A DNA stretch of 45,566 bases from Escherichia phage vB_EcoS_XY1. The notes under the pieces are model-generated. The model was not told the DNA's origin and did not search any database. It saw only the letters and a list, made by a program, of their open reading frames with translations. The stretch lies in sequence record NC_073325.1; one strand, 5' to 3'. Both the position numbers and the translations under genes were made by a program. Below are positions 17,583-26,284 of this stretch, one piece after another. The number at the start of each line of letters is the position of its first letter. The first letter of the stretch is position 1.

Positions 17583-18338
17583 TTATTTCCTCAGGGCTTT
17601 AAGTTGCCGTTCAAATTCGGCAGGGTTCGATTTATACAGAGCTAAACGCTCCGCTTCACTCATGTCTTTAAACGCTGGTGCGGCCCCGCCGCCTTTGCTA
17701 CCGGAAGCCCCGCCGCCGGAAGCTGCATTTGCTTTAATCAAATGCGAAAATGCTTTGTGTTCACGCAGGTATTTGCGGAACTGTTCCGGGTCAGTCGTGA
17801 TTACGTTGCCATCCGCACCAACAAACTTAGTAACCACGTCATCGCCTTCGAACTCAGTCTTAACGAACGGAGCAAGAATGTCTACTGCTTCCGGGGTAAT
17901 AAAGTCGCCCGCGAAAGAGCCTAACACCGCTTTACGTTCACTGCCGAGGATACGCTCTGCCATTTTGGAGATGCGACCATCTTTCTCGGCTAACACCGGG
18001 TCATACTGGCTACGAATCGTCTTTTCGAACTCGTCCATCTTACCAGCGGCTTTTAACGCCTCCTGGTGCGCGCGCTGCCGTTCTTCTTCGGCCTCTTTTG
18101 CTTTACGAGCGGCTTCTTTCTTCTCCGCCAGCAATGCTTCCTGATTGGCCTTAAGCCCGGCAACTTCTTTCTCAATCAGCGCCTGAACTTCTTCAGCGGT
18201 GAACATTTTCGGCGCGTCACCGCCACCAGCTTTATCTTCTGCCCCAGCTTCTTCCTGGAACGGATAACGTAAAAAACGATTCATAGTCAGTATGTCCCCT
18301 GGACGTTGGAACCCGGGCCACCCGGATTTACATGTCAA
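17583..18338 (-). CDS. Scaffolding protein
   Basis: Ala/Glu/Lys-rich coiled-coil protein immediately upstream of the capsid gene; true start may be the internal Met near 18284. Confidence 0.6.
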   Translation of the reverse strand: MTCKSGWPGFQRPGDILTMNRFLRYPFQEEAGAEDKAGGGDAPKMFTAEEVQALIEKEVAGLKANQEALLAEKKEAARKAKEAEEERQRAHQEALKAAGKMDEFEKTIRSQYDPVLAEKDGRISKMAERILGSERKAVLGSFAGDFITPEAVDILAPFVKTEFEGDDVVTKFVGADGNVITTDPEQFRKYLREHKAFSHLIKANAASGGGASGSKGGGAAPAFKDMSEAERLALYKSNPAEFERQLKALRK

Positions 18339-18366
18339 GAATAAATTATTCCAACATGCAAGGCAA

Positions 18367-18630
18367 CTATTCCAGAATATTCCTCACGTAATCCTGCAAC
18401 ATGAACACTTTCATACGCAGTTGCCGTACACATTCTGTGTTCTGAACGTCAATGGCTAAATCCTCATCGGCATCGCTACTTGGCGCGGCCAGTTTGCATG
18501 GCGGCTGCATCATCGTCGTATCCGGGGATGGAATTGGCGTTTGCGACGGCGCGGGACTTGAGCAGGACGCGAGCATCGTCGAAAGTGCACACGCTGCGGC
18601 CAGGCGTTTTAATGTACTTAACGACTTCAC
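18367..18630 (-). CDS. o-spanin (Rz1-like outer-membrane lipoprotein)
   Basis: Signal peptide with lipobox LASC, Pro-rich mature region; ORF overlaps the i-spanin gene in another frame. Confidence 0.5.
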   Translation of the reverse strand: MKSLSTLKRLAAACALSTMLASCSSPAPSQTPIPSPDTTMMQPPCKLAAPSSDADEDLAIDVQNTECVRQLRMKVFMLQDYVRNILE

Positions 18631-18862
18631 GGGTAATCACCTCTGATTTCGTCTTGCCTTCGTTGTCAGCGGCGGCGGCCTTTGATTCGTCCTGCTGCTG
18701 CCGTTGTGTTTTCTTCGCTAACTCAGCCTGTGCTTTCTGCTGTTGCTGCGAAACTAGATTAGCCCTGCCTCCGTTCCAGCCGCTGCGGTATTGAAAGTAG
18801 CCGTGGGCATATAACAGGACGATGAAACACGCTCCCGCCACGACAGTTGCTTTAAGATTCAT
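18476..18862 (-). CDS. i-spanin (Rz-like)
   Basis: N-terminal transmembrane helix followed by a Gln/Ala/Lys-rich coiled-coil periplasmic region; contains the overlapping lipoprotein ORF. Confidence 0.55.
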   Translation of the reverse strand: MNLKATVVAGACFIVLLYAHGYFQYRSGWNGGRANLVSQQQQKAQAELAKKTQRQQQDESKAAAADNEGKTKSEVITREVVKYIKTPGRSVCTFDDARVLLKSRAVANANSIPGYDDDAAAMQTGRAK

Positions 18863-18886
18863 GTTTCTCCTTTCTCGATAAGTAAA

Positions 18887-18906
18887 GCCCCGCCTTAAAG
18901 CGGGGC
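18887..18906 (-). terminator. Stem-loop in the leader upstream of the spanin genes
   Basis: GCCCCGC-CTTAAA-GCGGGGC hairpin followed by TTTACTT on the minus strand. Confidence 0.4.
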
Positions 18907-19086
18907 GCTAGTCCTTATCATTTAAACATAGAAACGGCGTAATCTCAGTAAACCCGTTACTTTTTACACGAGCAATAGAGTATGGCCCTTCCGAACGCGT
19001 CAGCGTAACTACACTCATGACTTACGTCCCGCTCCGTTACCTGCCCGCGCCGCGGTCGCTTGTTCATACTTCACAAGCTCAGGTGG

Positions 19087-19129
19087 AGCTTAGCACATTT
19101 TTAGTGAAAAGTCAACTATTCGAATAGTT
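19087..19129 (-). promoter_or_regulatory. Promoter-like site with adjacent 16-bp perfect palindrome
   Basis: Minus orientation TTGACT-N17-TAAGCT; palindrome AACTATTCGAATAGTT at 19114-19129 abuts the -35. Confidence 0.35.
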
Positions 19130-19176
19130 TATTCCTACATTTACAATTTGGTGGAATAACTGGAATAATCACAGGC

Positions 19177-19200
19177 ATTAAAAAGCCCCTTTCGGGGCCT
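19177..19200 (-). terminator. Rho-independent terminator after gene 19205-19666
   Basis: GGCCCCGAAAGGGGC hairpin followed by TTTTT on the minus strand. Confidence 0.6.
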
Positions 19201-19204
19201 AAGT

Positions 19205-19666
19205 TTATTCGGGCTTAGTGACCTTCGCCGCTTTGCTGACAGCCTCTACACCATCGGCATCAGTAACTTTAACGAAGTATTCCCCAACAGAATTAACCGT
19301 CAGAGACAAAGCCTCTTCCGGGGCGTTAACCACTTCCTTCCCGTCTTTGTACCAGGTCAGCGCATATGGTGCTTTGCCCGCCTTAACTTCGACAGCGATA
19401 TTTGCGCTGCCGTCTGCCAGTTCAGCGTCCTGCGGTTGTACGGAGAAATACACATCACCAGCATCCGCCAGGTACTGAATCTCATAAAGCATGCCCGCCG
19501 CCGGTAGCGCAATACCGGTTTTATCTGCAAACGGCATATCGTCTACGGGCGCACCCAGTACACTTTCATCTTCAATAAATACCACGTTCTCGCCGGAGCC
19601 AGGCACACGGGCGTACTGGACTACGCGACGCGACGGTACATCAGTTACTTTGAAAAATCCCATCAT
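19205..19666 (-). CDS. Hypothetical protein with Ig-like C-terminal region
   Basis: 153 aa; C-terminal YALTWYKDGKEV...EYFVKVTDADG resembles Ig-like folds. Confidence 0.35.
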   Translation of the reverse strand: MMGFFKVTDVPSRRVVQYARVPGSGENVVFIEDESVLGAPVDDMPFADKTGIALPAAGMLYEIQYLADAGDVYFSVQPQDAELADGSANIAVEVKAGKAPYALTWYKDGKEVVNAPEEALSLTVNSVGEYFVKVTDADGVEAVSKAAKVTKPE

Positions 19667-20742
19667 TAATCCCCTTTCAGATAATCAGCAACACGTTTAT
19701 CGAGTTCCGCCATCTGCTTAAGCGTGAGCGGATTCCCGAAACCATCTACAGATATTACGCGAAACTCTTCCGGCGATATACCGCTGTTGCGGAAAATCTT
19801 ACCGCGAACCGGGCCGAGTGCTTCATCCTGAAACCATGCCGGTTGCTGTTCCAGGAACTCGTAATAGGTGGTGTCCGTGCTTACCTGAGTACCGCCGTCC
19901 GCTCCTTTAGCCGCTCGTTTTGCGCCCTTATCCAGGAAGTCGAACTCGGAACTGATTACCGGAGCCGTGCACGACCGGCAGTTCGGATGGGCTGGGGGCA
20001 TCGGCCCTTTACCAATTTCCCACGTCATCCCGTCTCTGGCTCTGCAAATCGTACTGGTACGGCTGTCCAGCGTTGACACCCACTCGTACTTCTCGATGAT
20101 GTCGTCGTTCTGACGGTACGTCTCGTTACGTGCTTCGTTGGACACGTGCGACAGCGCGGTGCGGATTACCGTAGCTGCGTTACGCTCGGAGATGTCCGCC
20201 AGCCCACCAGCGCCAACAACATTCTTAACAATCTGCCGTGTTGTCTGGCCTTGTACAAAGCCCATCTTAACGCCCGTTACCAGGCGCGCAACCTCCGTTT
20301 CACCCCAGCCAGACATCAGCTTAGTGAAATCAACAGGCTTGTCGCTCAATGATAGTGGCTGAAACTCAGCAGCGGTCCACACCTGTTCGGCGGTAGGTGT
20401 GACAAATTCCGCGTTAACGTTAGCTGTCAGTGTCTTTACGTTCCACTCAGCTTCATACGCCGCCAGCTCCTTAAGGTCTTCTGTCAGCTTTGTCTGCCAG
20501 TCACCCGTAAGCCCAGTCAATGCTTCTTCGAGGTCGCGTAACAGTTTATTCAGTCGCGCAGTGCTACGCCCGTCGTCACCGAATAACAGCACCTGTCGTT
20601 TTATTTCGTCCCGCATCTCCCGGACGAACGGCGCGAGGTCTTTCACTTCACCGGATGCGGTGCGTTGCAGCCATATCTGGTGGCTAATTAGGGATGTAAG
20701 TAAGCTCATAGATAAACCCTGTGGCGCTAAAGTTAATAGCAT
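19666..20742 (-). CDS. Head morphogenesis protein (minor capsid, SPP1 gp7 / Mu F-like), putative
   Basis: 358 aa immediately after the portal gene; call rests on size and position. Confidence 0.55.
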   Translation of the reverse strand: MLLTLAPQGLSMSLLTSLISHQIWLQRTASGEVKDLAPFVREMRDEIKRQVLLFGDDGRSTARLNKLLRDLEEALTGLTGDWQTKLTEDLKELAAYEAEWNVKTLTANVNAEFVTPTAEQVWTAAEFQPLSLSDKPVDFTKLMSGWGETEVARLVTGVKMGFVQGQTTRQIVKNVVGAGGLADISERNAATVIRTALSHVSNEARNETYRQNDDIIEKYEWVSTLDSRTSTICRARDGMTWEIGKGPMPPAHPNCRSCTAPVISSEFDFLDKGAKRAAKGADGGTQVSTDTTYYEFLEQQPAWFQDEALGPVRGKIFRNSGISPEEFRVISVDGFGNPLTLKQMAELDKRVADYLKGD

Positions 20743-20778
20743 ACTATAAGAAAGCCCCTTTCGGGGCTATATGTGAGC

Positions 20779-22260
20779 TTACTGCTGAGCGGTGTCTTGT
20801 TGCTGAGCCGACTGCGGAATCTCCCCCGTCACCTGAGTAACGGCCCCCAACGGCAATGGTGCATCCTCGATAGCGTTCTGAATGTCTTCATCCTTCCAGT
20901 CAGTTACACCCGCCTTGCGCAACGCAGCATAGTAAGCGGTGGCGGGCAGCAAGCCAGCGTTAATGTCTGCCATCCACTGGGCGCGGTCCTGAGCTGTCAT
21001 CGGTTGTAGGAAGAACTCCATGTTCAGCTTGAATTCAATCTCTGTGTCTTCGCGCAACCCTAGCATCGCCGCTACCCAGCGCAATGCATCGGTATACGCC
21101 ATGCTTACGTTACGCGCGATTGTTGCCATGACTGACGTATCGGCGCCGCGTTGCAGGCGGGCGGATTCGGCGGTGATTTGCTGCGTCGGGGTGATAAGCT
21201 GCGCGCCAATCTGAATGGCCTGATTCTCTTTATCCAGCATATTCTGTTTGGCGAGGTTGTTCTCTCCTGCCTGAACCAGAAACGCATTGCCGCCGTACCC
21301 GATGTTATGGCCCGAACGCGACCCCATACGCACGCCGTGGGGGTTGGCTTCTTTCCACTGTTCCATGCTCATGTTCTCACCGGGGGCAATAAACAGCGTT
21401 GGCTGGCCTACAACGAAGCTGGATTCCTCATTGTCCGCGCTGTTACGGAAATGCCCGATATTAAGTTCAGCCAACGGCAGCAAAGGGGCATCGTCGATGG
21501 TTGCGTCGTTGTTGCTTGCGCCAATAAACGTGAATGGGATTTTGCCGCGTAACTGTTCGCCGAGTTCCGGGAATATTTCGATTACTTCACCCTGAGCGCC
21601 ACCTTCTGCATCGAAGCGGTAAATGCGCTGGCGGTAGCGACCATCAATCAGGTCAAGAACACGATACTGCTCACCGAACTTGGTTTCGAACTCTGCGCCC
21701 TGTTCCGAGTATTCCCACACCTCTCGCAACACGACCATCGTCACTCGGTTAACTGAACCGATGCGGGTAAGTCGCCAGTTGATGATGTTCTCTGCGGTGT
21801 AAAATGCGATGACCGGGTTTAATAACCCCGCGTTCTGTTCTGCTGCCGTTGCCGCAGCTGTCTCAGGGGCATCCACCAGCAACCCACCACGGCCCACCGA
21901 GTCAATCTCCATCAGCGTGTCCTGTGCGTGCTGCCACAGCCCGACACCGGAACCGTCGGCATTACGTAACAGGTACTCAAGTTCCGGCGGGATAATCTGT
22001 TCAGGGTCTTTGCGCATGACACTGCCGACCATCCCCGCCAGGGTGCGTTTAGTGAAGTTGTAACAGATAGCGCCGTTCTCGTATTCTTCCTGGCGCTGTG
22101 CTGCGTAGGTCGGTTCAGGCTCGTTCTTCCCGACGTTGCGCAGGTAACGGATAAGGCCGCCTTCCAGCGCGTGGCGTACCTTCTGCCATTTATTGAAGTG
22201 ATGCAGCCATTCCCGGTGTTTAGTCTTAACACCCTGATTCTGACCGTTCATAGTTAACAT
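20779..22260 (-). CDS. Portal protein
   Basis: 493 aa directly downstream of the large terminase gene. Confidence 0.8.
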   Translation of the reverse strand: MLTMNGQNQGVKTKHREWLHHFNKWQKVRHALEGGLIRYLRNVGKNEPEPTYAAQRQEEYENGAICYNFTKRTLAGMVGSVMRKDPEQIIPPELEYLLRNADGSGVGLWQHAQDTLMEIDSVGRGGLLVDAPETAAATAAEQNAGLLNPVIAFYTAENIINWRLTRIGSVNRVTMVVLREVWEYSEQGAEFETKFGEQYRVLDLIDGRYRQRIYRFDAEGGAQGEVIEIFPELGEQLRGKIPFTFIGASNNDATIDDAPLLPLAELNIGHFRNSADNEESSFVVGQPTLFIAPGENMSMEQWKEANPHGVRMGSRSGHNIGYGGNAFLVQAGENNLAKQNMLDKENQAIQIGAQLITPTQQITAESARLQRGADTSVMATIARNVSMAYTDALRWVAAMLGLREDTEIEFKLNMEFFLQPMTAQDRAQWMADINAGLLPATAYYAALRKAGVTDWKDEDIQNAIEDAPLPLGAVTQVTGEIPQSAQQQDTAQQ

Positions 22261-22272
22261 TGAATAATCCTC

Positions 22273-23544
22273 TTAAAGTGCGAAAGTCACCGGGACGTTA
22301 ATAACTGGTTTGCGAATCGGCATTTCATACGCGATAGGGTATGTGGTTCCATCATTCTGGTGGTCCACACCACCTGATTTATCCGGTTCGCCGTTCTTGT
22401 CGTAGGCTTGCTGCTCCAGGCATCGAGCAGTAACCGGGCAAGCCTGTTCGTTAATCATGACCATACCAGATTCAAGCGCCTTATTCATCGCAGATACGCG
22501 GTCTTTAACCGGTGGGTTTGTCGATTTAGCGCGTACTTCGAAACCGGCCTGCTGTAGCTGGACGATGTCGGAGGTGCTGGCGTTGTTGCTTTTACGGTTC
22601 TTGCCGCTGGCGTCCGGGTACATAACGATATAATGGCCCTTACTTTTCCAGCGCTCCGTTATGGCTCGCACTACATCCGGCGTATCGAACATATCAACCA
22701 ACTCGGCGACAGCGTGCCACACCTTTCCGCGTTGCACGTAGACTGTGCTCGCCATATGGCCTACGTTAAAATCCTGCCCAATATACAGAGTCTCACCAGG
22801 CTTGATTGTTTCGCGACTGCTGTTTTTCCTGCGGTCGTAAGCGTAGTAGACCGTCCCAGCCGTGAGGTTTACGAACTCGCCGTTGATGTAGGCATCAATC
22901 AACTGCCCGGGGTAGGTATCTCGTAAGGACTGCACATAATCTTCTGGCAGGAACGGGTTAGACAGGGTGGACGCCTGAATCATCTCGTAACCAGGATTCT
23001 TTTTAACAACCCAGCGGTCATGCACGAAACGGAATCCTTCCGGCGTAGTGAACACGGAAACGGTATTAGCAGGTTTTGGCGTAATAGGTTTATACGTCCT
23101 CGGCAACTGACGGTTACGGGCGATGACTTTGTTCCATGCGTGCTCCGCGTGTTCCATGTTCAGGGTATCCAACTCGTCGATTTTTGCACGAAATGACTCG
23201 TAACCAACGATTCGTGCTGGATTATCTAATGTACGCAGGACAAAATCCCCAAATTGACCGGATGACGTATAGATTATGTTGTCGGACTTATTGTATTTGT
23301 ACCGGATACCCCAGTCCGTCAGCTTCTCTTCCATACGGGGCGCAAGGATAAGGCGTACCAGGTCATAAGTAGGCTCATACATGGCGATGATAGAATCGCT
23401 GCCACCCTCCATGCTGTCCAGTAGCGCGGAGTTACACATAACCTCTGATTTCCCGGTGCCGAAGCCAGCCACGAACGCAGGGAACTTGCAATGCATCCCA
23501 AGAAATGCGCCTTGAGGTTCCGTTGCCGTGATATTAACGTTCAC
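22273..23544 (-). CDS. Terminase large subunit
   Basis: Walker A-like AGFGTGKS; 423 aa; followed by the portal gene. Confidence 0.85.
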   Translation of the reverse strand: MNVNITATEPQGAFLGMHCKFPAFVAGFGTGKSEVMCNSALLDSMEGGSDSIIAMYEPTYDLVRLILAPRMEEKLTDWGIRYKYNKSDNIIYTSSGQFGDFVLRTLDNPARIVGYESFRAKIDELDTLNMEHAEHAWNKVIARNRQLPRTYKPITPKPANTVSVFTTPEGFRFVHDRWVVKKNPGYEMIQASTLSNPFLPEDYVQSLRDTYPGQLIDAYINGEFVNLTAGTVYYAYDRRKNSSRETIKPGETLYIGQDFNVGHMASTVYVQRGKVWHAVAELVDMFDTPDVVRAITERWKSKGHYIVMYPDASGKNRKSNNASTSDIVQLQQAGFEVRAKSTNPPVKDRVSAMNKALESGMVMINEQACPVTARCLEQQAYDKNGEPDKSGGVDHQNDGTTYPIAYEMPIRKPVINVPVTFAL

Positions 23545-24046
23545 CGGACACCACCTTAATTGTTACTTCACTGATTGGCTCGTCGCGTACTTCTTCGGCG
23601 ACAACTGTTTTATTCAGCCCCAGCTTAGCGGCGGCGAACGTAGCAGAGATACCGGCGGCCCCATTCTCAGTGAAATACGCCTCTTCCAGCGCCTGTGCCG
23701 TTTCATAGGCTTCTGCAAATGAGGGAATCTCGCGCAGCCACAGCTTAATAATCGGGATAGTGACACCGATGTGTAAGGCGAAGCGAGCCAGTGATGGCGG
23801 TTTATCCGCAATGACTGCTTTGTAGTCTCCGTGCGCACCGGTCGGCATAGCCTCCCACGACGTGCGGTCGAAGAAACGAATCAATTCGTCACAATAGTCC
23901 GGGTCCCACAACGCGGCGGAATTACGGGATGATTGATAAAGGCTCTGTTTACCGCGCGGTCGTTTACGGCGACGGTTTGCGCTAACAGCTTCTTCATGTG
24001 CAGCTTGCACCACCTCTGGTGATGGCTGCTTGAGTTTCAGCTTCAT
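23534..24046 (-). CDS. Terminase small subunit, putative
   Basis: Overlaps the large terminase start; basic N-terminal region; start placed at MKLKLKQ with AAGGGGA SD (track ORF extends to 24085). Confidence 0.5.
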   Translation of the reverse strand: MKLKLKQPSPEVVQAAHEEAVSANRRRKRPRGKQSLYQSSRNSAALWDPDYCDELIRFFDRTSWEAMPTGAHGDYKAVIADKPPSLARFALHIGVTIPIIKLWLREIPSFAEAYETAQALEEAYFTENGAAGISATFAAAKLGLNKTVVAEEVRDEPISEVTIKVVSGER

Positions 24047-24140
24047 AGAATCCCCTTGCATATGCGTCTGACCATCAGAGCGCACCAGACGCGCCCTACG
24101 CGTCTAAATGGATTATATAAGGGGATTGGGCGGGATGTAC

Positions 24141-24162
24141 AGAAAAGCCCTCGGTAGAGGGC
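24141..24162 (-). terminator. Terminator-like hairpin between the small-gene cluster and the packaging genes
   Basis: GCCCTC-loop-GAGGGC followed by TTTTCT on the minus strand. Confidence 0.45.
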
Positions 24163-24265
24163 TTGTATCAGTTGTATAGGCCGTGGCGTGGTGCTCTTTT
24201 ACCGTCGCCGCCGTAATGGTCGTTAGCTACGGGAATGGCCCGGGCGTTAGGGATGATTAGTAGTC

Positions 24266-24526
24266 TCATTCCCCGCTCTCCTCTCGTGCGATACGTTGCT
24301 CAGTTTTAGTGATACCCCGGCGCGTGAATAACACCGGGCTTGTTTTAACGTGCGTCATCAGACGGTTGTTATAAATTACGTGGCGCTCGCAGTCCACGTC
24401 TTTGCTGTACTTCGCAATCGTCATTTCGTTGATGCCGGTTTGTCGGCACGTCTCGGCCATCGTGCCAAATTCTTTAATCAGGTTAGGAATGCTGGTAATC
24501 ATCCTAAGAAATTCCTCGTTGTCCAC
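24266..24526 (-). CDS. Hypothetical protein, possible DNA-binding
   Basis: 86-aa ORF, last gene before the packaging module; central RQTGINEMTIAKYSK could be an HTH. Confidence 0.35.
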   Translation of the reverse strand: MDNEEFLRMITSIPNLIKEFGTMAETCRQTGINEMTIAKYSKDVDCERHVIYNNRLMTHVKTSPVLFTRRGITKTEQRIAREESGE

Positions 24527-24669
24527 ATCGCATTCGGATATTTGTTATCGCGGTCCTGCACTACAGCAATCATGTTTCCACGTTGCACCAGGCAGAAGTG
24601 CCGTTGTTGCTCGCCGTTGTAGCGACGCCAGATTGCCTCTTCGATTGCTGCGTTGATGTCACTGAACAT
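24499..24669 (-). CDS. Hypothetical small protein (unannotated in the ORF track)
   Basis: 56-aa ORF MFSDINAAIEEAIWRRYNGEQQRH... filling the gap between listed ORFs; coordinates approximate. Confidence 0.25.
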   Translation of the reverse strand: MFSDINAAIEEAIWRRYNGEQQRHFCLVQRGNMIAVVQDRDNKYPNAMWTTRNFLG

Positions 24670-24671
24670 AT

Positions 24672-24863
24672 CTACCCCACTATTTCATCACCGAGCCACG
24701 CCGTCTCTCGTATATCATCGACCACACACGCGGCGTGCTCACGGCTAATTGCAAAAATGTAGAAGCTAAACTTCTTCCCGTCGGCGTCGATATGGTTAAC
24801 AGAGTATGGTTTCCACAGGACGCCATCAATCACTACCGGTTCAGGCGCTTTCATGCCCATCAC
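24672..24863 (-). CDS. Hypothetical small protein
   Basis: 63-aa ORF in a same-strand series of tightly packed small genes. Confidence 0.3.
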   Translation of the reverse strand: MMGMKAPEPVVIDGVLWKPYSVNHIDADGKKFSFYIFAISREHAACVVDDIRETAWLGDEIVG

Positions 24864-25038
24864 CGGATGCTTTGTTCAGGTTGAAGCGGTTAATCAGTTC
24901 ACGACGTGTCTCGTAAAGTGACTCAACCATTTGCTCGGCTACAGCGATTTTAGTATTCAGGACGTGCATCACGTGACTGATGTCTACGCCGCCGTTAACA
25001 GCCTCCACCATCATCTTTTCATATTCACGGTCAGTCAT
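24841..25038 (-). CDS. Hypothetical small protein
   Basis: 65-aa ORF, tightly packed same-strand array. Confidence 0.3.
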   Translation of the reverse strand: MTDREYEKMMVEAVNGGVDISHVMHVLNTKIAVAEQMVESLYETRRELINRFNLNKASGDGHESA

Positions 25039-25189
25039 TCTTTACGCTCTCCCCACATGCGATTTAGATACTTGTTCTTGTCCGGCCCCGGGAAACTGTT
25101 ACGTTTCATAAGCTCCTCTCGTGTCGGGAACGAGGTGTGACTGACTTTACGGCCTACTCGTAATGGTTGGCTTACTTGACCTTGTTCGC

Positions 25190-25387
25190 TCATTCTACAA
25201 TCTCCCATTTAACGCCGTGGAAGCCATCACCTTCATCGTTACCAAAGTCTATGAAAATATAGCAGTCGTCGTCGGAGTCTATATAACCGAAACCAGTAGC
25301 TGTCGGGTTGTACACATCGTACACTTTACCCTCTGTCACATAGTCAAGGGCGGCTAACCAGAGAATTTTAGCGGCTTTAACTTTCAT
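25190..25387 (-). CDS. Hypothetical small acidic protein
   Basis: 65 aa, Asp/Glu-rich C-terminal half. Confidence 0.3.
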   Translation of the reverse strand: MKVKAAKILWLAALDYVTEGKVYDVYNPTATGFGYIDSDDDCYIFIDFGNDEGDGFHGVKWEIVE

Positions 25388-25593
25388 TTCTTCTCTCCTG
25401 CAAACTTAAATTTAGCCTCGAACTCCTTTCTACCAACACAATATTCTGAATAGGATTCATTGAATTTCATCAATGGGTAGTCGGCGATAAGTACGTGGTC
25501 CAACCCAACCGCAGTTACAATGAAACTAACTTCACCTACATCACCCCACGAGTAATTACTCTTATAGATGCCACCAACGATAACGTCGATCAT
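25384..25593 (-). CDS. Hypothetical small protein
   Basis: 69-aa ORF with ATGA overlap to its neighbour. Confidence 0.3.
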   Translation of the reverse strand: MIDVIVGGIYKSNYSWGDVGEVSFIVTAVGLDHVLIADYPLMKFNESYSEYCVGRKEFEAKFKFAGEKK

Positions 25594-25738
25594 TTCTTCT
25601 CTCCTGCATAAGCTGCTTTCAGTGTCTGCATCGCGGAGAACCAGAATGCAGCCGCTGGGATGCTGTTGCTCAGGTTGCTAACGGCGATGCGTGCCATCAG
25701 TTGTGCGTCTTTGAATGCTTCGATATCTGTAATTTTCA

Positions 25739-25936
25739 TTAGTTATTCTCCAGTATTTCTAACGCTTTCACGAGGTAACGTTTACGTAAAACATCAGTCT
25801 GCGCGCTATTAGCCCTGCGTATGTAGCCCGCAGCAGCCCTCATCTGTAGTTTTTCCACCGAACCATTCCCTATAACTGATGCGATACATTTAACTTCGAG
25901 TTCTTCGGTTATTTCTATCGTCGATACGTTGCCCAT
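25739..25936 (-). CDS. Hypothetical small protein
   Basis: 65 aa; GAGAG SD; first gene after a promoter-like TTGACT-N17-TATATT near 25955-25985. Confidence 0.3.
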   Translation of the reverse strand: MGNVSTIEITEELEVKCIASVIGNGSVEKLQMRAAAGYIRRANSAQTDVLRKRYLVKALEILENN

Positions 25937-26021
25937 TTCTCTCTACTCCGTTCTCGTTGTCGATGAAGTAAATATAATAGGGTCTACGGTAATAGTCAAC
26001 TAGTCATTACAGAAAATAGAT

Positions 26022-26052
26022 AAAAAAAATCCCGGCTGGGTCAGGGCCGGGA
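26022..26052 (-). terminator. Rho-independent terminator (3' end of a candidate small RNA)
   Basis: TCCCGGC-loop-GCCGGGA hairpin followed by T8 on the minus strand. Confidence 0.7.
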
Positions 26053-26092
26053 TAAAACTGGAGAGCAGAGGGATGGAACAGGAGGTGATTTA

Positions 26093-26121
26093 AGTATCGT
26101 CGGATTAGTCTCAGGTGTCAA
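26093..26121 (-). promoter_or_regulatory. Sigma70-like promoter between two terminators
   Basis: Minus orientation TTGACA-N17-GATACT, about 60 nt upstream of the 26022-26052 terminator. Confidence 0.4.
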
Positions 26122-26124
26122 TTG

Positions 26125-26156
26125 GTAAAATAAAACCCGGATTAGCGGTCCGGGTT
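26125..26156 (-). terminator. Rho-independent terminator after the lysis cassette
   Basis: AACCCGGA-loop-TCCGGGTT hairpin followed by TTTTATTTT on the minus strand. Confidence 0.65.
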
Positions 26157-26284
26157 TCGGTCATAAGCCCCTGAACCCTACGCAGTCTCCACCGCTTGGG
26201 CTGCTGCTTCGGGTTTACCAGGGCTTAGTATGCAAGCACAAGCAGCGTGGAAGTAATTTTACTAAATGCCTTCGTATTCGTCCA

